DNA from: Candidatus Heimdallarchaeota archaeon | Lineage (GTDB): Archaea > Asgardarchaeota > Heimdallarchaeia > Heimdallarchaeales > Heimdallarchaeaceae | DNA: 32,000 bases | Direction: 5' to 3' | Assembly: GCA_030668875.1 (NCBI GenBank) | Contig: DAOVER010000012.1 | Location: 30,001 to 62,000 of the forward strand | Shown here: piece after piece, positions 15,257 to 23,729 of the stretch | How the letters are laid out: each line of letters starts with the position of its first letter | How positions within the stretch are numbered: the first letter of the stretch is position 1 | Made by a program: the position numbers and the translations under genes | The notes under the pieces: model-generated | What the model was told of the DNA's origin: nothing | The model's input: the letters and a program-made list of their open reading frames with translations, nothing else | Database searches by the model: none

Positions 15257-15874
15257 TTGTCATGGAGATTGTGGCTAAAGTCAAAGCCAAAATCAGTTAA
15301 TTTAGGGTTCTACGGAGAAGTAAACGCGGGAAAAACAACTCTCGCTAATAAAATTGGTTTGGATTGGGCGGAACAAGAAGTAGGCATAGTGAGTGAGATT
15401 CCCCATGAAACTAGAGACATTCAAAAGTTAGAAAAAGTGAATTTCTCTGCTAACGGGACTAAATTAGATTTAACTTTAATAGACATGCCTGGAATTGCTA
15501 CTTCTGTTAATCCTAAGGAATTTATGAAACACGGTTTATCTGCAAGCGAAGCTATGCAAAGAGCAAAGGAAGCAACTAGGGGAATTATTGAAGCGATAAA
15601 ATATCTTGAACAAGTTGATGTAGCACTTGTAATAATTGATGCATCTAAATCACCATTTGATCAAGTAAATTTCACAATTATAGGAAATCTAGAGCATCAG
15701 AAAAAACCATTCATTTTAGTACCAAACAAAATTGACTTGATAGAAGCTGATGTAAGACTTGTCAGAGATGCTTTTAGTCAGTATCCTGTTGTACCAGTTT
15801 CAGCAATTCAAGGTGATGGTATTGATGAACTTTATGATAAAATAGCAGAATTAGCTAAAAGGGTGAGGCGATAA
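15257..15874 (+). CDS. oapA: OapA/ArvA Era-like small GTPase
   Basis: GFYGEVNAGKTTLANKI, IPHETR, DMPG, KEATRGIIEAIKYL, PFDQVN and NKID. TTG start after AAGGTGA. Confidence 0.88.
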   Translation: MSWRLWLKSKPKSVNLGFYGEVNAGKTTLANKIGLDWAEQEVGIVSEIPHETRDIQKLEKVNFSANGTKLDLTLIDMPGIATSVNPKEFMKHGLSASEAMQRAKEATRGIIEAIKYLEQVDVALVIIDASKSPFDQVNFTIIGNLEHQKKPFILVPNKIDLIEADVRLVRDAFSQYPVVPVSAIQGDGIDELYDKIAELAKRVRR

Positions 15875-15876
15875 AC

Positions 15877-16227
15877 ATGAAGTATAGAGTAGATTTTGTT
15901 CCATATTCTGAAACTAATGATCTCACTGATGATGAAAAGATTCGTTACATTCTTTCTAAAGTTATGAGAAATACTATCCTTGTACTAGAAAATGGTTTGA
16001 CACCTACAGAAGAAATGAATCTTATCAGCAAAACCATGGTGAAAATTAACTTCAATGATTTTGTAGGTCTAAGGTTCTTCTCGTTTGATGGTGGAACTGA
16101 TTTCAAACTTAACAAACTGTTTGGAAGAGGTTCAAAAAACAAGGTCTTTACTGTTGTAGCTCCTAATGAAGCTGTAACAGTTCAAAAGGACAAACGTGGC
16201 ATATTGTCCATCCGAATTAATGATTAG
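15877..16227 (+). CDS. oapB: OapB/ArvB (DUF2073) protein
   Basis: EKIRYIL...ILVLENGLTPTEEMNLISKTM...FTVVAP pattern. Starts 2 nt after the oapA stop codon. Confidence 0.83.
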   Translation: MKYRVDFVPYSETNDLTDDEKIRYILSKVMRNTILVLENGLTPTEEMNLISKTMVKINFNDFVGLRFFSFDGGTDFKLNKLFGRGSKNKVFTVVAPNEAVTVQKDKRGILSIRIND

Positions 16228-16234
16228 ATTTCAC

Positions 16235-16732
16235 CTATATCTTTCCCAAAATATCTAAAGCACTCTGAAAGGTTTCCTCTGTGGAAACATCGGATCGAAC
16301 AGTAGAAACAATCTCAGGACCATACAGATTGAGCATATCTGTAAGGATTACTTCCATAATTTCGGCTTCAATGTTCTCTTCAATCTTCGCCGCATTGTAA
16401 CTTCTGTCCATCAACCTTTGGCGTAGAAGCCCTATGGAAGTCCTGAGAACTATACACAAAGCAACATAAGATGGAGGGATTTCTACTACATGTCCATCTA
16501 GGATAAGCGGTTTTGAGGAGGGATTTTCTTCAATCAATTCAATTAATCTTGCATTTAATAAATCATCATTTACTACATAACTATCTGTTTCTTCGTCAAA
16601 ATAATCATACAATCTCTTCTCTTTTACGAGTTTTCCAACCTCGATAAAAGAGTAACCTTCTTTTGAGAGGAGTTTGGAAAGTGTTGTCTTACCTGTTCCG
16701 GGAGTTCCAGTAATAATAACTGCCTGTTTCAT
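16235..16732 (-). CDS. Archaeal adenylate kinase of the AK6/Fap7 family
   Basis: IITGTPGTGKTT, ILDGH, LRQRLMDRSY..AKIEENIEAEI. Start placed at ATG 16732 (MKQAVII). Confidence 0.9.
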   Translation of the reverse strand: MKQAVIITGTPGTGKTTLSKLLSKEGYSFIEVGKLVKEKRLYDYFDEETDSYVVNDDLLNARLIELIEENPSSKPLILDGHVVEIPPSYVALCIVLRTSIGLLRQRLMDRSYNAAKIEENIEAEIMEVILTDMLNLYGPEIVSTVRSDVSTEETFQSALDILGKI

Positions 16733-16825
16733 TGAAAAATTCTTACTGAAAAAGAATAAAAGCATTCTGTAACAGGAACAGAATCAAAAAAGGAGTTGGA
16801 GATAAGTGAAAAACTTACCCAAATT

Positions 16826-17554
16826 TTATTTCAAAGCTTCATCGGAAAGTTTGCTCTTTCCTCTGAAAACTTTTATTATATTCATCTTCTTTGCTTCACC
16901 GGATTTTATTTTTCTGAAATTGTCCCCTTGTCGGGATAGCATGATTATTGTTATACCAAAAAGCAATACAGCTAGACCTAGGTTGCATTGAGCATAACCC
17001 ATTAACATCACAGAAGGCAAGAATAAAGCTATTACACCAACCAAAAACGTAACGACAATATAGGTTATTGATGAATACCCCACAATTGTTATGATTATTG
17101 GCCAGAGAAGAATCCAGAATCCTAGGAGGATAGGATTCGCAAATGCCATAGATGCAATGACTACTGTGATACCCTTTCCACCATGTGAGAAGAGATAAAG
17201 GGGCCAGTTATGTCCAAGAATTGCACCAATTCCGGTCAAAGCCAAAGCAAAACAAGCTAATGTATCATTGAACCAAGGTGATATTAATTCAGTGTTTGAA
17301 AAATAATATTTCCATGTAAGGATGTAAGGGACAGCCATAGCTGTTAGAGATCTAGACACATCGAGAAAACCGGCAAATATTGCCCAAGGTGTCGACTTAG
17401 TTGCACGATAAACATTTCTACCTCCAACGTTACCTGAACCAATTTCTCTTAGATCTTCACCAGTTTTTAATTTAGTGACAATCCAACTGAAAGGGATAGA
17501 ACCAAAGAGATATGAGCTGATAAATACTAGAATATATACGATTGAAATGTGCAT
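16826..17554 (-). CDS. plsY: PlsY-family glycerol-3-phosphate acyltransferase homolog
   Basis: SYLFGSIPF, DLREIGSGNVGGRNVYR and ILGHNWP...GGKG motifs with multiple TM segments. Start placed at ATG 17554. Confidence 0.87.
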   Translation of the reverse strand: MHISIVYILVFISSYLFGSIPFSWIVTKLKTGEDLREIGSGNVGGRNVYRATKSTPWAIFAGFLDVSRSLTAMAVPYILTWKYYFSNTELISPWFNDTLACFALALTGIGAILGHNWPLYLFSHGGKGITVVIASMAFANPILLGFWILLWPIIITIVGYSSITYIVVTFLVGVIALFLPSVMLMGYAQCNLGLAVLLFGITIIMLSRQGDNFRKIKSGEAKKMNIIKVFRGKSKLSDEALK

Positions 17555-17660
17555 GTTCCTTGATACTCGGCAGTTCAATAAAAAATTTTTGCAGGTGGAA
17601 TGTCTCAAAATCCTTTCAAGAAACAAATTTTTTAAACTGCTAGTTACCAAAATAACTATA

Positions 17661-19040
17661 ATGTGCCCTGAAATTTCAAGACATATTTTTAGAGCTTATG
17701 ACATAAGAGGGTTGTACAACATAGATATAACTCCTCCAATTATGTACGAAATTGGTTTAGCATTTGGATCCTATGTTAAAGAAGTACTCAATGGGTCGGA
17801 AATAGCAGTGGGGTGTGATATCCGTCAATCAAGTGTTCCTCTAGTTCACTCCTTCATATCTGGAGTTACAACTGTAGGAATTCATGTTACTTTTGCCAGT
17901 ACAACTGCTTTTGGGCAAGCATTGTTTGCCGGATGGTCTCTGAATAAAACAGCTATCGCATTTATAACTGCAAGCCATTTACCTCCCGAATGGAATGGGA
18001 TAAAATTCTATCACGCAGATGGGGTTGGTTTCTCTGAAGAGGAACTAATGAAGATAAGAGATCGTGCAATTAGCAAAACATTCTCCATAAAAGGTTGGCA
18101 AGAAACAGGACAATTAGATAATTATGATGTAACTAATGCTTATTTAGAATTTTTTGAGAATAAATTCAGTTTCTCAAAGAAACTAAAAGTTGCCTTAGAC
18201 TGTGGAGGTGGTAGCATGACGCTCTCAGCGCCAGAAGTTTTTTCACGCCTTAATTTAGAAGTTGTTCCAATTTATTGTACTCCCGACCCACTCTTCTCTG
18301 GAAGACCATCAGATCCAAAACCTGAGAATCTGACTAAGATAATGGAAGCTGTTAAAGAACAATCTTGTGATTTTGGTGTTGCATTTGATGGAGATGGAGA
18401 TAGAGCTGTTATTATAGACAATAAAGGGAAAGTACTCTCTGCAGATGAAACAGGGATTATAATAGGTACGTATGGTTTAGAACAGAAAAATAGTACGATT
18501 ATAGTTAATGTTGAGTGCTCTAAGGCGGTTAAAGAACAACTTGAACCCTTAGGGTATAAAATCAAACAAATTCCTGTAGGGCACACCTACCTTACTATAG
18601 AGGCAAAACAAGAGAAAGCTCCCCTAGGTCTAGAATCGAGTGGTCACATTATTATCCCAGAATACTTCTTGTTTGATGATGCCATGGTTACTCCACTTAA
18701 GATTGCAGAAATACTTAATAACATAGAATCGAGACTCTCAGATTTAGTAGAAAAAATTCCTATCTATCCTATGAAAAAAGTGGAAATAGACTGCGAGGAT
18801 AGACTCAAATTCGATGTTGTTGAAGCATTCAAAATAGAAGTTGAAAAAGAATATGAAGAAGTAAACACCCTAGATGGGGTTAGAATTGAGTTGAAAGAAG
18901 GATGGGTACTAATTCGTCCATCAAACACATCTCCAATAATAAGAATGACAATCGAAGCTAATAATGAACAGGAAATAGAGTCAATTCAGAATAAATTTGA
19001 GGATAGATTAAAATCTCTAATTGACAAAGCATCTAAATAA
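17661..19040 (+). CDS. Phosphomannomutase/phosphoglucomutase family
   Basis: IFRAYDIRG, ITASHLP, FDGDGDR, ESSGH and IRPSNT motifs. Start placed at ATG 17661. Confidence 0.95.
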   Translation: MCPEISRHIFRAYDIRGLYNIDITPPIMYEIGLAFGSYVKEVLNGSEIAVGCDIRQSSVPLVHSFISGVTTVGIHVTFASTTAFGQALFAGWSLNKTAIAFITASHLPPEWNGIKFYHADGVGFSEEELMKIRDRAISKTFSIKGWQETGQLDNYDVTNAYLEFFENKFSFSKKLKVALDCGGGSMTLSAPEVFSRLNLEVVPIYCTPDPLFSGRPSDPKPENLTKIMEAVKEQSCDFGVAFDGDGDRAVIIDNKGKVLSADETGIIIGTYGLEQKNSTIIVNVECSKAVKEQLEPLGYKIKQIPVGHTYLTIEAKQEKAPLGLESSGHIIIPEYFLFDDAMVTPLKIAEILNNIESRLSDLVEKIPIYPMKKVEIDCEDRLKFDVVEAFKIEVEKEYEEVNTLDGVRIELKEGWVLIRPSNTSPIIRMTIEANNEQEIESIQNKFEDRLKSLIDKASK

Positions 19041-19049
19041 AGTGGTAAA

Positions 19050-19796
19050 ATGAAAAAGTCTCTCCCTGAGTTTTATTGTCCATATTCGGATAAGTGTCAT
19101 CAATGTTGTCTTGACACAGAAATGACACTTTCAGAAGAGGATATAACAAGAATACATACGTTGGGATATGAAATTGAAGAGTTTCTGGAAGAGAAAGAAG
19201 GTTTCATGACATTGCGAAATATTGACAACCATTGTATTTTCTTAAAAAATAAAAGATGTTCGATTTATGAGAATCGCCCCCAAGGATGTAGATTTTATCC
19301 ACTTATTTACGACTTTGATATTGAAGATTTTGTAATTGATAACTTGTGTGATCACCATGAGGACTTTGATTTAGAAATTTATCGACCTCTATTCGATTCT
19401 GTTCAAGTTTTTGTTTACAATTTAATAAGTGAAAGAGACATAAGAATGAGAAAAACTATGGAAGAGGAAAGTAAGGCTGAAGTTAAAGAGTCAAAGGAAG
19501 CACCTGAAAACCCATTAGCAAAAGAAGTTATTGGAATTGAAAGTGACAAAGAAAAAATCGAGAGTCTGTTAGCACAAGCGATTGATGATACTAAAGATGA
19601 GAATGTAGAAAATTTGGAGGAAGCTTTGAAATCTGAGATGAAGGAAATTGAAGAAGAAATTGAGGAATTAGAGAGAGGGATACAATCAGACATAGATTCT
19701 GCAGAAGAGTATGTAAAAATTACCGAGAAGAGCATAAAATCTGAAATAGAGGAGCTAGAAAAGAGAAGAAGAAAAGCTGAAGAAGATGATGATTAA
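19050..19796 (+). CDS. YkgJ-family cysteine-cluster protein with acidic coiled-coil C-terminal extension
   Basis: CxxxxxCHQCC...CIFL...CSIYENRPQGCRFYP, followed by about 100 aa of E/K-rich heptads. Confidence 0.85.
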   Translation: MKKSLPEFYCPYSDKCHQCCLDTEMTLSEEDITRIHTLGYEIEEFLEEKEGFMTLRNIDNHCIFLKNKRCSIYENRPQGCRFYPLIYDFDIEDFVIDNLCDHHEDFDLEIYRPLFDSVQVFVYNLISERDIRMRKTMEEESKAEVKESKEAPENPLAKEVIGIESDKEKIESLLAQAIDDTKDENVENLEEALKSEMKEIEEEIEELERGIQSDIDSAEEYVKITEKSIKSEIEELEKRRRKAEEDDD

Positions 19797-19816
19797 TAGC
19801 ATTATTAGAGTATCAA

Positions 19817-20914
19817 TTATTCTCTGAATCTACCTTCGAACTTCTTCAATACATCTGGTAAAGTGGTGTATTCCATTTCACTAAGAGGGAGTCTTCCAGG
19901 CTCAAATGGACCATGTCTTCTCATATATTCAGCAATCTCATTGCATTTTTCACGTGTCGAATCGAATGATAGATCATCGAAAAGATCAACTGCACCTATA
20001 ATTTTTCCATTTTTCAGCTGAAATCCTAAACCAACTACACGAGGTGGTCCGTCAAAACGTACACACTGACTATATTCTAAAGGAACTGGCATTAAAGGAC
20101 CTCTATGAGACCCTCTCATCCATCCTGATACTAAATGACCAAGTGTAAATGCTTCTACTATCTCTCCTACTGCTGGAAAACCACTTTGACTTCTAACAAT
20201 GGCAACAGGATCATCTTTTCCAACATACTTACCTGCAATTAAAGCTAGTTTATCAGTTGAAATAGATGCAGCAATCCCTAATTCAGGATTTTTACTATAA
20301 ACATGTTTTATAACATATTTACTTGGGGCCCCTACAAGAGCTAAGAGATCATACATCTCATTTGGACAACTCAAGTCGAGGAATTTATTTTTGAAAACAT
20401 CCATTACTGAAAAATTAAAACCATCATGCAATTTTGGATCGATAATCAAACCAGCTGTATTGAACGGATTTGCAAACATCTGGAATATGGGATAATTAAA
20501 CGCACCTGGTTCAGTTTTATCCATAGCAAAAACTAAAATCGGCTCAGCAGGTCTCTCCTCAATCTCCATTTCAGCACAACCTGGCCCCATTCCTTTGACA
20601 TTTCCAGAAAATGTGTCTTTTAGTAAATCTTGTCCTGCACCATATAAACCGATATTTCTTGCTTCAGTACCAAGTTTCATAAAAGTGTCCCAAGCTAATT
20701 TGTGTATTTCTGCATTGTCAACACCTTTGTTATGGGTCATTAGAAGTTCAGTATCATCTCCAGCATTAAAAACCAAAAAATCCGTAATAGTATTTTCATC
20801 TTTTGCTTTTTCCATCAGTTCTTCCGCTAAAGTCATCAAAGGTTCATACACAGTTACATGACCTGGACTTGAACCAATATCAGCCTTGATTAAACTTATT
20901 GTTGTTTTCACCAA
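19817..20914 (-). CDS. fbp: Bifunctional fructose-1,6-bisphosphate aldolase/phosphatase (class V FBPase)
   Basis: TISLIKADIGS.PGH, GDD..LLMTH, LYGAGQDLL, DKTEPGAFN, GKYVGKDDP (Tyr/Lys of the aldolase site) and GWMRGSH. Confidence 0.97.
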   Translation of the reverse strand: MVKTTISLIKADIGSSPGHVTVYEPLMTLAEELMEKAKDENTITDFLVFNAGDDTELLMTHNKGVDNAEIHKLAWDTFMKLGTEARNIGLYGAGQDLLKDTFSGNVKGMGPGCAEMEIEERPAEPILVFAMDKTEPGAFNYPIFQMFANPFNTAGLIIDPKLHDGFNFSVMDVFKNKFLDLSCPNEMYDLLALVGAPSKYVIKHVYSKNPELGIAASISTDKLALIAGKYVGKDDPVAIVRSQSGFPAVGEIVEAFTLGHLVSGWMRGSHRGPLMPVPLEYSQCVRFDGPPRVVGLGFQLKNGKIIGAVDLFDDLSFDSTREKCNEIAEYMRRHGPFEPGRLPLSEMEYTTLPDVLKKFEGRFRE

Positions 20915-21032
20915 ATATAATCACCTAATAAAATAATACGGGTTGCTAATACATATTATATGAATCTAATTTAAATCTTTGCCTTTTGAGTATTTAAAAA
21001 AGTAAATATGAAGAGAAAAAAGAGTATAGAAT

Positions 21033-21950
21033 TTAAAGTTGTTCAATTTTGAACCAAAGCTCAATAAGATCTTTTGAGCCACCCACGAATCCAACTCGTT
21101 GATGGAGATAGTGCATCCGGGTTAATTTTTTAACATCAAGGGGGTTAATGTTTTCATATTTTATTTCATGTCCATCTGCAGTAATATAGAAACCATCACC
21201 ATTAACCTTTGATAGAATGTAGAGATAAGGTATTATCTCATAGACGAATCTAAGTTTAGGAGCAAAATAACCAAAAACACCTGTTTTCTCGAAAACGTTA
21301 TTCATGTCTTGTACCATGCAACCTCCATACCTGTTTTTACCTTTAATATCTAAAGCATCTACGAAGAGTTTTTGCTTTGCTGAATGATTATTGTATTTAC
21401 CCCCTAGACCAAAAACAGGATTTTTACTTGGACTTATATCTAAGGAATCTCGAATAACGCGGAAGGATTCACCATCATGAACAAATTGTATAAAACCTAG
21501 TTCAGTAGCCAAATCGAATCGTAAGTAAAGTGTATAACTTACAGTTAAGGCAGCGACAGTATAACCGTCTTTATTGATAACGTTTACAATTGCTCCAGGA
21601 CTTCTAGTTCTTATAATTGAAGAACCATCGATAAAATCCCCAAGTATAATATAATTCCCCGTCCCTTCCATAATATTTTTTTCATCGGTTTCTTCACCCA
21701 GTAGTAAGGAATAAAGATGATTTGGCATTCTTTGTAGGAAAAGTTCGTGTGTTGCGATATCAAGGCTAAGTTGTTCATCCCCAGAAACATTGATAATTCC
21801 TGAATAATCATTTTCACCTAATAAGAAAGTCAGAATCTGTTTTGGGACATCTAAACTTATAGTTATAAGTTCTCTGAGTAAATCACTTAATTCTTTTGAT
21901 TCAAGTGCGTCCAGATAAGAGTCCAAAGTAGGATATTTTGTTATTGACAT
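21033..21950 (-). CDS. Class I FBPase/SBPase-family bisphosphatase, divergent, with SBPase-like signatures
   Basis: GDEQLSLD, GEE, DFIDGSSI, RYGGCMVQDMNN and KLRFVYE motifs. Confidence 0.82.
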   Translation of the reverse strand: MSITKYPTLDSYLDALESKELSDLLRELITISLDVPKQILTFLLGENDYSGIINVSGDEQLSLDIATHELFLQRMPNHLYSLLLGEETDEKNIMEGTGNYIILGDFIDGSSIIRTRSPGAIVNVINKDGYTVAALTVSYTLYLRFDLATELGFIQFVHDGESFRVIRDSLDISPSKNPVFGLGGKYNNHSAKQKLFVDALDIKGKNRYGGCMVQDMNNVFEKTGVFGYFAPKLRFVYEIIPYLYILSKVNGDGFYITADGHEIKYENINPLDVKKLTRMHYLHQRVGFVGGSKDLIELWFKIEQL

Positions 21951-21961
21951 ATAGTCAGATC

Positions 21962-23134
21962 CTAGTATGTGTTTTCTAAATTATTCTCTGTTATGTACTT
22001 ATAACATAACTTAGCTGTATCTTCCATCTTAAGGGCTTCTATGAAATCATTCATATCAGACACGGCTTGAGCAATTATAGATTCTTTTGTGCTTGATTTA
22101 ATATTTTCAACTTCATCAAAGAACTCTTTCCAAGCGTATTTAGAACTTTTAGCGAAAGTTGTATGCTCATCTACATCTGGTTTACTGTAAGTCTCAAGTA
22201 CCCATTTCCTCATTTTTGCGTATAGCTCTGGCTCATTTACTTCGAGTATCTTATAAACTAACCTCTGCCAATGTGTACCTATATTGCCTTTAGCTATATT
22301 ACCATGTGGAAATGTCGATCCTATAACGTTGACTGGAGTACCGGTAATGCCATGTTGTGCTATTCGAGTAGTATATCCTAACTTCTTAAATTCATCAACT
22401 ATTTCTACAGTCCTTTGCACATTGATTCCTAATTGAGGTACAACTTTACCATTTACATCAACACTGACACCATGAGTAGACCCATTTGCTATTGCAAGAT
22501 AATCTAATTTTACACCAGATTTTTCTAAGGACTGAACGTAGTAAGTAGCTTCTTCAAGACTAGTAAATTCTGTGATCCCAATTTCTCCAACCTCCCCTTC
22601 CAGACCGTATGGTTTGTCACCCAACTTTTCTTTCAAAAAATCAAACAGAACTAACCCTTTAGAAAGAATGTCCTTTAGTTGTCCGCTTACTGTAGATTCA
22701 TTTCGATTAAAGAGAAAGGAAGTATCAATTGCATATCCAGAAAATCCAGCGTCTATTCGAGCATTAATCTCCTTCATCACATTGGACATTTCTTCGTCAG
22801 TTCCCTTCTTTACAGTCAAGTGATCAGCGTGTAAAGCATAAGCATACCACTTTTCTTTTGCTGCTGCTGATTGACATCTGTCTGCAAATTTATTAGGGGT
22901 ATATCCAGTATAACCACCACTCAGAGACATCTCACTCAATGCAAGTTCAAATATCACAACAGAATTTGCTTGTTTTGCTGCTCTTAAAATTCCTCTAATA
23001 ACTTCCTCAGTTGCTCTTGGATTTATAGCAGCAATGATTGTTTCTTCTCCTAAAACTCCATTTGCAATAAAATTCATGGGAAGTGGAGTTCTTGGAGTTT
23101 CAAAGAATTCTATAATATCTTGTTCTAGAACCAA
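21962..23134 (-). CDS. fba: Class II (metal-dependent) fructose-bisphosphate aldolase family
   Basis: LHADH, IDTS, EGEVGEIG, ANGSTHG, QHGITG and KGNIGT. TTG start after AAGGTG. Confidence 0.88.
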   Translation of the reverse strand: MVLEQDIIEFFETPRTPLPMNFIANGVLGEETIIAAINPRATEEVIRGILRAAKQANSVVIFELALSEMSLSGGYTGYTPNKFADRCQSAAAKEKWYAYALHADHLTVKKGTDEEMSNVMKEINARIDAGFSGYAIDTSFLFNRNESTVSGQLKDILSKGLVLFDFLKEKLGDKPYGLEGEVGEIGITEFTSLEEATYYVQSLEKSGVKLDYLAIANGSTHGVSVDVNGKVVPQLGINVQRTVEIVDEFKKLGYTTRIAQHGITGTPVNVIGSTFPHGNIAKGNIGTHWQRLVYKILEVNEPELYAKMRKWVLETYSKPDVDEHTTFAKSSKYAWKEFFDEVENIKSSTKESIIAQAVSDMNDFIEALKMEDTAKLCYKYITENNLENTY

Positions 23135-23300
23135 ATGATAACACCTTGTAAAAATATCATAAGCATCTTAATAATTTTTGCCTTCATATAGAACACAATT
23201 TTCATTTAACTGGAGGATGAAGATAGTACTAATACCTGAAAAATTGAGAGACCTTAGACAAAGTTTTTTATAAAACTACGATGAATAATGAGTGATTCAA

Positions 23301-23600
23301 ATGGTTGAACAAAGGAATCCCTTAACGGTTTTAATTTTGACAATTATCACATTTGGTATTTATGGTCTAGTGTGGTATGTAAAGACAAAGAATGAAATGA
23401 ATTCTTTGGGAGCGGAAATCCCAACAGCTTGGTTTCTTATAATACCTATCTTGAACATTTACTGGATTTGGAAGTATTGTGAAGGATATGCAAAGGTTAC
23501 ACAAAAGATGGATGCTATAACCTTATTTATAATCGAAATAATATTTGCCCCAGCTTTTATATGGATTGTTCAAGACGGATTGAATGAGAAAGCACAATAA
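23301..23600 (+). CDS. DUF4234-family small membrane protein
   Basis: RNPLTVLILTIITFGIYGLVW...E...IPILNIYWIWK...Q..LN. Confidence 0.85.
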   Translation: MVEQRNPLTVLILTIITFGIYGLVWYVKTKNEMNSLGAEIPTAWFLIIPILNIYWIWKYCEGYAKVTQKMDAITLFIIEIIFAPAFIWIVQDGLNEKAQ

Positions 23601-23605
23601 ACTCA

Positions 23606-23640
23606 TTTTTTCTGGTTTTTTCTTTTTTAGAATTTTTTCT
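23606..23640 (+). terminator. T-rich tract, probable terminator
   Basis: Several T5-T6 runs directly after the DUF4234 stop codon. Confidence 0.5.
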
Positions 23641-23729
23641 TGACGAATTTGTCTTTCCACAGTGTTTAAGACAGAGCAGTTCTATAATAGCATAATGCTT
23701 GTTACTTAAAAAAATAGGAGAGTAAAATA

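Noticed and set aside
16272-16288. GTTTCC-N5-GGAAAC as an ORB element near oapAB
   Set aside because: It lies inside the AK6 coding sequence, has the wrong spacing for an ORB, lacks a G-string, is single copy, and there is no cdc6 in the window.
17475-17660. Overlapping N-terminal extensions of plsY (to 17650) and the phosphomutase (from 17475)
   Set aside because: Family similarity starts at ATG 17554 (-) and ATG 17661 (+), leaving a normal 106-nt divergent intergenic region.
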